Below are positions 21,827 to 33,800 of a stretch of DNA of 64,000 nt, piece by piece. The translations under genes and the position numbers were made by a program. The DNA is from Macrostomum lignano (lineage: Eukaryota). The stretch lies in NCBI GenBank assembly GCA_002269645.1, contig NIVC01001399.1, positions 124,001-188,000 on the forward strand, read 5' to 3'. The notes under the pieces are model-generated. The model did no database searches. It was not told the origin of the DNA and was given only the letters and a program-made list of their open reading frames with translations. Numbering within the stretch: the stretch's first letter is position 1; every line of letters starts with the position of its first letter.

Positions 21827-24800
21827 AACCGTTGGAGCAGGATTTTTTATTGGTGTTCTGATTGAATTGCATATTATTGTGACCATTCTTTCACTAATTG
21901 GGTAAGGACATCAACTGTGTTTTAAGCTTTGTGTCCTTGATTTTGAATTGATTAATTGAATTGATAATGTTGATAGATTTTTTAATATTGATTAATAAAC
22001 TAGTGAGTCAGTGACTGAATTGATCAAATAGTCACTGATTCAGATTGATTAGTTGAGCAGAGTGAGTTAGTGACTGAATTGATCAAATAGTCACTGATTC
22101 AGATTGATTAGTTGAGCAGTGAGTCAGTGACTGAATTGATCAAATAGTCACTGATTCAGATTGATTAGTTGAGCAGTGAGTCAGTGACTGAATTGATCAA
22201 ATAGTCACTGATTCAGATTGATTAGTTTAGCAGTGAGTCAGTGACTGAATTGATCAAATAGTCACTGATTCAGATTGATTAGTTAAGCAGTGAGTCAGTG
22301 ACTGAATTGATCAAATAGTCACTGATTCAGATTGATTAGTTGAGCAGTGAGTCAGTGACTGAATTGATCAAATAGTCACTGATTCAGATTGATTAGTTGA
22401 GCAGTGAGTCAGTGACTGAATTGATCAAATAGTCACTGATTCAGATTGATTAGTTTAGCAGTGAGTCAGTGACTGAATTGATCAAATAGTCACTGATTCA
22501 GATTGATTAGTTAAGCAGTGAGTCAGTGACTGAATTGATCAAATAGTCACTGATTCAGATTGATTAGTTGAGCAGTGAGTCAGTGACTGAATTGATCAAA
22601 TAGTCACTGATTCAGATTGATTAGTTGAGCAGTGAGTCAGTGACTGAATTGATCAAATAGTCACTGATTCAGATTGATTAGTTAAGCAGTGAGTCAGTGA
22701 CTGAATTGATCAAATAGTCACTGATTCAGATTGATTAGTTTAGCAGTGAGTCAGTGACTGAATTGATCAGATAGTCACTGATTCAGATTGATTAGTTGAG
22801 CAGTGAGTCAGTGACTGAATTGATCAAATAGTCACTGATTCAGATTGATTAGTTTAGCAGTGAGTCAGTGACTGAATTGATCAAATAGTCACTGATTCAG
22901 ATTGATTAGTTAAGCAGTGAGTCAGTGACTGAATTGATCAAATAGTCACTGATTCAGATTGATTAGTTAAGCAGTGAGTCAGTGACTGAATTGATCAAAT
23001 AGTCACTGATTCACATTGATTAGTTAAGCAGTGAGTCAGTGACTGAATTGATCAAATAGTCACTGATTCAGATTGATTAGTTGAGCAGAGTGAGTTAGTG
23101 ACTGAATTGATCAAATAGTCACTGATTCAGATTGATTAGTTGAGCAGTGAGTTAGTGACTGAATTGATCAAATAGTCACTGATTCAGATTGATTAGTTGA
23201 GCAGAGTGAGTCAGTGACTGAATTGATCAAATAGTCACTGATTCAGATTGATTAGTTGAGCAGAGTGAGTCAGTGACTGAATTGATCAAATAGTCACTGA
23301 TTCAGATTGATTAGTTTAGCAGTGAGTCAGTGACTGAATTGATCAAATAGTCACTGATTCAGATTGATTAGTTGAGCAGTGAGTCAGTGACTGAATTGAT
23401 CAAATAGTCACTGATTCAGATTGATTAGTTGAGCAGAGTGAGTTAGTGACTGAATTGATCAAATAGTCACTGATTCAGATTGATTAGTTGAGCAGTGAGT
23501 TAGTGACTGAATTGATCAAATAGTCACTGATTCAGATTGATTAGTTGAGCAGAGTGAGTCAGTGACTGAATTGATCAAATAGTCACTGATTCAGATTGAT
23601 TAGTTTAGCAGTGAGTCAGTGACTGAATTGATCAAATAGTCACTGATTCAGATTGATTAGTTGAGCAGTGAGTCAGTGACTGAATTGATCAAATAGTCAC
23701 TGATTCAGATTGATTAGTTGAGCAGAGTGAGTTAGTGACTGAATTGATCAAATAGTCACTGATTCAGATTGATTAGTTGAGCAGTGAGTTAGTGACTGAA
23801 TTGATCAAATAGTCACTGATTCAGATTGATTAGTTGAGCAGAGTGAGTTAGTGACTGAATTGATCAAATAGTCACTGATTCAGATTGATTAGTTGAGCAG
23901 AGTGAGTTAGTGACTGAATTGATCAAATAGTCACTGATTCAGATTGATTAGTTTAGCAGTGAGTCAGTGACTGAATTGATCAAATAGTCACTGATTCAGA
24001 TTGATTAGTTGAGCAGTGAGTCAGTGACTGAATTGATCAAATAGTCACTGATTCAGATTGATTAGTTGAGCAGTGAGTCAGTGACTGAATTGATCAAATA
24101 GTCACTGATTCAGATTGATTAGTTGAGCAGTGAGTCAGTGACTGAATTGATCAAATAGTCACTGATTCAGATTGATTAGTTGAGCAGAGTGAGTCAGTGA
24201 CTGAATTGATCAAATAGTCACTGATTCAGATTGATTAGTTGAGCAGTGAGTTAGTGACTGAATTGATCAAATAGTCACTGATTCAGATTGATTAGTTGAG
24301 CAGAGTGAGTTAGTGACTGAATTGATCAAATATTCACTGATTCAGATTGATTAGTTTAGCAGTGAGTCAGTGACTGAATTGATCAAATAGTCACTGATTC
24401 AGATTGATTAGTTTAGCAGTGAGTCAGTGACTGAATTGATCAAATATTCACTGATTCAGATTGATTAGTTAAGCAGTGAGTCAGTGACTGAATTGATCAC
24501 TGATATTTGAGTAATTAGCTTTTACATGATTATGATTAGAATAATTTTAAGCGGTTTTATAACTTACTCTAAGTAGTATATTTTTCTATCCTCACAGGCA
24601 GTCACTGTTCTACATTCTATTGTTCATCTGTTTCCACTTCTTTGTGGTCGTGTCAGTCATGTGGGTTATACTTGACGAGTCTGTTGATTTGCAAGCATTA
24701 ATTGGTCCAGGAGTATTGTTTGATGTAAGTTTTTATGTCAAATTTCTATTAATAGAAATTAGTGCTTTCCATTAACATTTGCAAGTTGTTAATTTCCCCC

Positions 24801-27800
24801 AGGAGGGTCTGAGGATATTTGGCTACTGCTTGCTGCCTGGCCTAGCAACCGGTATCTGCAGTTGGTTCCTAACTACCATATACGGAATTGAATATCTGCC
24901 TTATTATATACTTTGTATCAGGTAATTTTGCTAGGTAATTATTTTATAACTTAGTAGTTCCATTGTTTAAAAATCATGTATCTAACAAAAACACTCCAGT
25001 TTCGTTCAGTACCGTGTTTACATCACCGATCCCGAGATTCGGAACACTAAAGAGTCCAAGTATGCTGCCGAAGTTCACTGCCTCATTGTTGCTATCGTGT
25101 TTGTTGCCACCGTGTTTGTTTTTCTTGTTAAACACGCCGTAATGAGCGCCTCTCTAATGTCTCTGCTTGATGGGGATAAACTGGTATGCGCATGGTGTTT
25201 TTCATTTCATTTGTTCATTTAATACTATTCAATGTACTATTAAGTACATTGGATTCCCCCTGTCTATACTCCACTCTACATACTAGGGTGTACATTGGAT
25301 TCCCCCTGTCTATCCCCACTCTATAGACTCGGGTGTACATTGGATTCTCCCTGTCCATCCTCCAGACCTCCACTCTACATACTCAGGGTGTACATTGGAT
25401 TCTCCCTGTCTATCCTCCACTCTACATACTCAGGGTGTACATTGGATTCTCCTTGTCTATCCTCCACTCTATAGACTCGGGTGTACATTGGATTCCCCCT
25501 GTCTATCCCCACTCTATAGACTCGGGTGTACATTTGATCCCCTTGTTTATCCCCTACTCTATAGACTCGGGTGTACATTTGATTCCCCTTGTTTATCCCC
25601 TACTCTATAGACTCGGGTGTACATTGGATTCCCCTTGTTTATCCCCTACTCTATAGACTCGGGTGTACATTGGATTCCCCTTGTTTATCCTCTACTCTAT
25701 AGACTCGGGTGTACATTGGATTCCCCTTGTTTATCCTCTACTCTATAGACTTGGGTGTACATTGGATTCTCCTTGTTTATCCCCTACTCTATAGACTCGG
25801 GTGTACATTTGATTCCCCTTGTTTATCCTCTACTCTATAGACTCGGGTGTACATTGGATTCCCCTTGTTTATCCTCTACTCTATAGACTCGGGTGTACAT
25901 TGGATTCCCCTTGTTTATCATCTACTCTATAGACTCGGGTGTACATTGGATTCCCCTTGTTTATCCTCTACTCTATAGACTTGGGTGTACATTGGATTCT
26001 CCTTGTTTATCCTCTACTCTATAGACTCGGGTGTACATTGAATTCCCCTGTCTATCCTCCACTCTATAAACAGCATTGTTTGTGATCTACCTCATATTTT
26101 AATTATTTTAAAATATTTTCAGTTGGAACTATTCTTTTTAATCAGCCTCTGCGGACTGGCATCCAACTTTTTAGGACTTCAACAGCTGATTAAACACTAT
26201 AGTGAGTTACAGATTTTACCTTTTTAAACGTTTTAATTTTATCAACCAAAAGATTTTTGATGTAGATTTTTAAGGACAGGATTTTGATAATTTGAGTATA
26301 AAACTTTGGCTTTTCTAGCAATATAATAATTCCTTCGACTTTATATCTCCGTATATTTCCGACACTTCTTATCAACGACATTTCATATCTCCCACATTTC
26401 ATATCCTCACGTCACTTCTTATCTCCGACATTTCATATCTCCGACACTTCATCTATCCGACACTTCACATCTCCGACACTTCATATCCCCGACACTTCAT
26501 ATCTGCGACACTTCATCTATCCGACACTTCACATCCCCGACACTTCACATCTCCGACACTTCATATCTCCGACATTTCATATCTGCGACACTTCATATCT
26601 CCGACACTTCATATCTCCGACACTTAATATCTCCGACACTTCATATCTCCGACGCTTCTTATCCCCGACACTTCGTATCCCCGACACTTCATATCTCCGA
26701 CACTTCATATCTCCGACACTTCATATCTCCGACACTTCATATCTCCCGACACTTCATATCTCCGACACTTCATATCTCCGACACTTCATATCTCCGACAC
26801 TTCATATCTCCGACACTTCATATCTCCCGACACTTCATATCTCCGACACTTCATATCTGCGACACTTCATCTATCCGACACTTAATATCTCCGACACTTC
26901 ATATCTCCGACGCTTCTTATCCCCGACACTTCATATCCCCGACACTTCATATCTCCGACACTTCATATCTCCCGACACTTCATATCTCCGACACTTCATA
27001 TCTCCGACACTTCATATCTCCGACACTTCATATCTCCCGACACTTCATATCTCCGACACTTCATATCTCCGAAACTTCATATCCCCGACACTTCATATCT
27101 CCGACACTTCATATCTCCGAAACTTCATATCTTCATAAGTTTAGGATTAGGATTAGGGTTAATATTTTCAAAAATATGAAATATCAGGGAAGGGAAACTG
27201 CATAAACAACATTATGTTTTATTTCACTAACTGTTAACTCATCTCTAGTTGACGAAGCGGCCGTTGCTCTGCCCGCATCAATTAGAGATCCTGGCGGACT
27301 CATTCGCGATGTAAGTCTGATATCGGCTGCCCTTCTGCTGACCCCGGCAATGCAGGCTCACGGTATGAGGCTGCACTTTTATACGGGGCCTCCGGCTGCT
27401 CTGGCTGCTGTGTCTGCCGTGTTGCTAGGCAGGGAAGCCGGCGGTTCGATCGGTCTGTTTAGCCGGCTGGCTGGCTGGCTCTGCGGCATCATCGGCGCTC
27501 TGGCCTTCGCTGCTCAGGTGTTTCTGTTTCCCTGGAAGATTCAGTAAGCTTAAAGTTTGAGTCATGTACATTTTTGTATTATTTACATAAAAGTATCGGG
27601 GGCTGTAGATAGTTAGATTTAGTCAAGATAGTTAGATAGATAAGGTAGATAGTTAGATTTAGTTAGATAGTTAGATAGATAAGGTAGATAGTTAGATTTA
27701 GTTAGATAGTTAGATAGATAAGGTAGATAGTTAGATTTAGTCAAGATAGTTAGATAGATAAGGTAGATAGTTAGATTTAGTTAGATAGTTAGATAGATAA

Positions 27801-30800
27801 GGTAGATAGTTAGATTTAGTTAGATAGTTAGATAGATAAGGTAGATAGTTAGATTTAGTTAGATAGTTAAGGTAGATAGTTAGATTTAGTTAGATAGATA
27901 AGTTAGATAGTTAGATTTAGTTAGATAGATAAGTTAGATAGTTAGATTTAGTTAGATAGATAAGTTAGATAGTTAGATTTAGTTAGATAGATAAGTTAGA
28001 TAGTTAGATTTAGTTAGATAGATAAGGTAGATAGTTAGATTTAGTTAGATAGATAAGGTAGATAGTTAGATTTAGTTAGATAGATAAGGTAGATAGTTAG
28101 ATTTAGTTAGATAGATAAGTTAGATAGTTAGATTTAGTTAGATAGATAAGGTAGATAGTTAGATTTAGTTAGATAGATAAGTTAGATAGTTAGATTTAGT
28201 TAGATAGATAAGTTAGATAGTTAGATTTAGTTAGATAGATAAGTTAGATAGTTAGATTTAGTTAGATAGATAAGGTAGATAGTTAGATTTAGTTAGATAG
28301 TTAAGGTAGATAGTTAGTTAGATTTAGTTAGATAGATAAGTTAGATAGTTAGATTTAGTTAGATAGATAAGTTAGATAGTTAGATTTAGTTAGATAGATA
28401 AGGTAGATAGTTAGATTTAGTTAGATAGATAAGGTAGATAGTTAGATTTAGTTAGATAGATAAGTTAGATAGTTAGATTTAGTTAGATAGTTAAGGTAGA
28501 TAGTTAGATTTAGTTAGATAGATAAGTTAGATAGTTAGATTTAGTTAGATAGATAAGTTAGATAGTTAGATTTAGTTAGATAGATAAGGTAGATAGTTAG
28601 ATTTAGTTAGATAGATAAGGTAGATAGTTAGATTTAGTTAGATAGATAAGTTAGATAGTTAGATTTAGTTAGATAGATAAGTTAGATAGTTAGATTTAGT
28701 TAGATAGATAAGTTAGATAGTTAGATTTAGTTAGATAGATAAGTTAGATAGTTAGATTTAGTTAGATAGATAAGTTAGATAGTTAGATTTAGTTAGATAG
28801 ATAAGTTAGATAGTTAGATTTAGTTAGATAGATAAGTTAGATAGTTAGATTTAGTTAGATAGTTAAGGTAGATAGTTAGATTTAGTTAGATAGATAAGTT
28901 AGATAGTTAGATTTAGTTAGATAGATAAGTTAGATAGTTAGATTTAGTTAGATAGTTAAGGTAGATAGTTAGATTTAGTTAGATAGATAAGTTAGATAGT
29001 TAGATTTAGTTAGATAGATAAGTTAGATAGTTAGATTTAGTTAGATAGATAAGTTAGATAGTTAGATTTAGTTAGATAGATAAGTTAGATAGTTAGATTT
29101 AGTTAGATAGATAAGTTAGATAGTTAGATTTAGTTAGATAGATAAGTTAGATAGTTAGATTTAGTTAGATAGATAAGGTAGATAGTTAGATTAAGTTAGA
29201 TAGATAAGTTAGATAGTTAGATTTAGTTAGATAGATAAGGTAGATAGTTAGATTTAGTTAGATAGATAAGTTAGATAGTTAGATTTAGTTAGATAGATAA
29301 GTTAGATAGTTAGATTTAGTTAGATAGATAAGGTAGATAGTTAGATTTAGTTAGATAGATAAGGTAGATAGTTAGATTTAGTTAGATAGATAAGTTAGAT
29401 AGTTAGATTTAGTTAGATAGATAAGTTAGATAGTTAGATTTAGTTAGATAGATAAGTTAGATAGTTAGATTTAGTTAGATAGATAAGTTAGATAGTTAGA
29501 TTTAGTTAGATAGATAAGTTAGATAGTTAGATTTAGTTAGATAGATAAGTTAGATAGTTAGATTTAGTTAGATAGATAAGGTAGATAGTTAGATTTAGTT
29601 AGATAGATAAGTTAGATAGTTAGATTTAGTTAGATAGATAAGGTAGATAGTTAGATTTAGTTAGATAGATAAGTTAGATAGTTAGATTTAGTTAGATAGT
29701 TAAGGTAGATAGTTAGATTTAGTTAGATAGATAAGTTAGATAGTTAGATTTAGTTAGATAGATAAGTTAGATAGTTAGATTTAGTTAGATAGATAAGGTA
29801 GATAGTTAGATTTAGTTAGATAGATAAGTTAGATAGTTAGATTAAGTTAGATAGATAAGTTAGATAGTTAGATTTAGTTAGATAGATAAGGTAGATAGTT
29901 AGATTTAGTTAGATAGATAAGTTAGATAGTTAGATTTAGTTAGATAGATAAGTTAGATAGTTAGATTTAGTTAGATAGATAAGTTAGATAGTTAGATTTA
30001 GTTAGATAGATAAGTTAGATAGTTAGATTTAGTTAGATAGTTAAGGTAGATAGTTAGATTTAGTTAGATAGATAAGTTAGATAGTTAGATTTAGTTAGAT
30101 AGATAAGGTAGATAGTTAGATTTAGTTAGATAGATAAGTTAGATAGTTAGATTTAGTTAGATAGATAAGTTAGATAGTTAGATTTAGTTAGATAGATAAG
30201 TTAGATAGTTAGATTTAGTTAGATAGTTAAGGTAGATAGTTAGATTTAGTTAGATAGATAAGTTAGATAGTTAGATTTAGTTAGATAGATAAGTTAGATA
30301 GTTAGATTTAGTTAGATAGATAAGTTAGATAGTTAGATTTAGTTAGATAGATAAGTTAGATAGTTAGATTTAGTTAGATAGATAAGTTAGATAGTTAGAT
30401 TTAGTTAGATAGATAAGGTAGATAGTTAGATTTAGTTAGATAGATAAGGTAGATAGTTAGATTTAGTTAGATAGATAAGTTAGATAGTTAGATTTAGTTA
30501 GATAGATAAGGTAGATAGTTAGATTTAGTTAGATAGATAAGTTAGATAGTTAGATTTAGTTAGATAGATAAGTTAGATAGTTAGATTTAGTTAGATAGAT
30601 AAGTTAGATAGTTAGATTTAGTTAGATAGATAAGTTAGATAGTTAGATTAAGTTCGATAGTTCGATAGATAAGGTAGATAGTTAGATTTAGTTAGATAGT
30701 TAGATTTAGTTAGATAGATAAGGTAGATAGTTATGTTTATTTTTATGTAAATTAGAAAAATGTTGTTGTGATTTCAACTGTCTGCCGAATGGTCAGCAAA

Positions 30801-33800
30801 GCTGCTTATTAGCCCGCAATGGGGACTGTGGAACAGTCAATTTGAAGATTTAGGCGCACGATTAATTCTTTCTACAGTTGTATCTATCCACCATAGAAAC
30901 TAGGCTTCATTAGATAGATATGGATATGACAGACGCAGAACTTAGCAAACAGTTAATAATATTAGTAACTGATTACTGATTACACCTGCCTTAATAGATA
31001 GATTTGCAACCGACAGCTCAGCCGCAGCTATTGCGCGGCGCATTTGAAGTTTTCCTACAGCTCAAGATGCAACATAAATAGTCAACAGAAATCAATTTGG
31101 TTGCTTTAAGGGTGGGAGGAGGGTTTGTGGGCATTTCTTGCGGGAGGCGGCAACGCGAAAAATTCATTAAAAAAATTCAATTATAAATGTTCCTTTAAAG
31201 TCAGTCGCGGCATAATATGCATTCATCCTACTATAAATAGCTTGTAACGTGAGTTGTTGGAATGAGTGAGTTGGAATTCTGGACTGCAAGTGTGGCTAAA
31301 ACGGGACTTGAGCCCCCCCCCCGGTCGCACCCGCCCTGCAGGAAAGACGACCTTTCACAAAAGTGTACGGTAGAGCCCAGACGACCATTCACAAAGTGTA
31401 CGGTAGAGCCCAGACGACCATTCACAAAAGTGTACGGTAGAGCCCAGACGACCATTCACAAAGTGTACGGTAGAGCCCAGACGACCATTCACAAAGTGTA
31501 CGGTAGAGCCCAGACGACCATTCACAAAAGTGTACGGTAGAGCCCAGACGACCATTCACAAAAGTGTACGGTAGAGCCCAGACGACCATTCACAAAAGTG
31601 TACGGTAGAGCCCAGACGACCATTCACAAAAGTGTACGGTAGAGCCTAGTTGATGCCAGCCCTGAGGCTGAGCCCCAGGTTTAGGGTTCAGGTGCTCCTC
31701 CCATTTTTGTTTTATCCCCTTGTACTTTTAGCTTTGTGTTTTATCCCCGGCTTTGTAGCCATCCAATGTTCTGGAGTTATGAGCTCTGCCCTCCCTGCCT
31801 GGTCTATCTTGCTTTGTCTTGGTCCATCTGCTGGCTCCGCTGGTTGTCTCCCTGCTTATTATCGCTGACAGTGGATTGGAGTCCTGGGGAATGAGTTCGT
31901 CCCGAATTGGGGAATACCGGCTGAGTCCGGGTTCCTCTTGCTCCTTGTGCCCCTCTCCGAACCCTTGGCCTGGCCCCTTTCCGTGGACTAGGATAATTCC
32001 TCTCTCGGACCAAATGCATACCTGATAGGAGTCTCGCCCTTGGTAATAAGCTGCCCAGATTCGCTCCAAAATTGAGCCATTTCCGTAGACTTCGGGTCTC
32101 CCCGCTATCGGACCGCTTTCAGTAGTGTTTCGAAAATTTTCCAATCTTTTTTCGCGCACTCCCGGCCCCGGGATTTGTCTGCTGGGTGGGTGGCCTGCCT
32201 GAGTGGACTCGGTCCTAGCACCGTCCCTGATTCCACTGTTGGTCAGCGGTGTCTTAGTCCATAGGCTTGAGCTAGTAGCCCCAATTAGTTTTCTCTCTCT
32301 GGCCATGAAGTCAGGTCCCAATCTGGGCTGCTCGGGCTGTGACCCTGGTAGATGTGCCCCCTTATATTCAGCGGCAGAGCCCTTCCCTGGGCTGATCCGC
32401 GGGAGCCCCTGGCTACCCACCCTCGTTTAACAACAACAAATAGCTTGTAACGTAGCTTAATCTTGCATTCTCCGCAGGTATTCAATGTGGGATCCAACTT
32501 TAACTCAGCGGCAATTTGCCAGCATTCTATTTGCTACAGCCTTGGCTCCGTTGCTGTTTCTTCTGCTGTCAAAGAGGGACCGATCGTCCTTTGGACGAAG
32601 TTCGTCTCTAAAAAGTGGCTACCTGTTTGCCGTGGCATTTTCTGCATTTTTATTTGGTTAGTTGCCTTTTGTAGAATATTTAGCAGTTTGTTTACTTTTG
32701 TCTACTGTTAGTAGTTCGAAATATTGATACGCGCTTTTTGTTATTTTTTGTTAATTGCAGCATTTTTCTACTGCGAATGGAATTTCTATCTGTTGGGCTA
32801 TTCGCCTTATCCAGTCGTATTGCTATTTTCGTGTTTGGTCAGTGCGGCTCTATTAAAGTAAGTTGTAAAATTTAATTATCTATGTACTTTTGTTCTCAGG
32901 AGTAAATGCGTCTGACTCTCCCCCGCCACGAACCTCCTCGGGGTTAATGCGCGTCTATAATCATTTGGGGCTTGTAAATAGGGGGTTATAAATAGCCTTA
33001 AAAATAGTAGAAATATTAAACAATAGTTCATTGTTTGCAATGACTCTTTAACGATTCTTGTCACGATAACGTTTTCAACTGGGATGTGCATGTCTGACTA
33101 CCCTCCCTCAGCCCGCAACTCGTACCAATCATATTTTTTATTGATATTATTCATTAAGCACCTCGCGCATCCTAATAATTGTTCATCAAATCTTTGATTT
33201 TTCAAGACTGCCGGAATCCAAGCTGCCTACGACGCTTAAATCTGTTCACTTAGCAACTGTTGCTACCCGCTGCTTGCTCCTAGCAACGCATCGTCTAGCT
33301 GGCGCTGAGGAGCGAGAAATTTTTCCTCACGTTTCCGTTGCTGGTCTGTGGCTTCTGTGCCTGCAGGCTGTCTGGCTGCTGTGGAGACTCCCTTCGAACC
33401 ATGGGTTCTTTGTTGATCAGAGAAAATTGGCTTTGGTGAGCCTCTGCGGACCTCTGTTCTATGAGAATCTGTCTACCTGCTCCATCACTCCATCAGACTC
33501 CTTGAGAATCAGCCTCCGCTCAATCACTCCATCAGACACTTTGAGAATCTGCCTCTCCGCTCCATCAATCCCTCAGACTCCTTGGAGAATCTGCCTCTCC
33601 GCTCCATCACTCCCTCAGACTCCGAGGAGAATCTGCCTCTCCGCTCCATCACTCCCTCAGACTCTGAGGAGAATCTGCCTCTCAACTCCATCACTCCCTC
33701 AGACTCCGAGGAGAATCTGCCTCTCCGCTCCATCACTCCATCAGACTCCGAGGAGAATCTGCCTCTCCGCTCCATCACTCCCTCAGACTCCGAGGAGAAT

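Noticed and set aside
22003-24505. Palindromic repeat array as a CRISPR locus
   Set aside because: No unique spacers, no cas genes, eukaryotic intronic context.
31728-32420. 230-aa minus-strand ORF in the retro-insertion
   Set aside because: Antisense to the element's tail polarity and has no recognisable motif.
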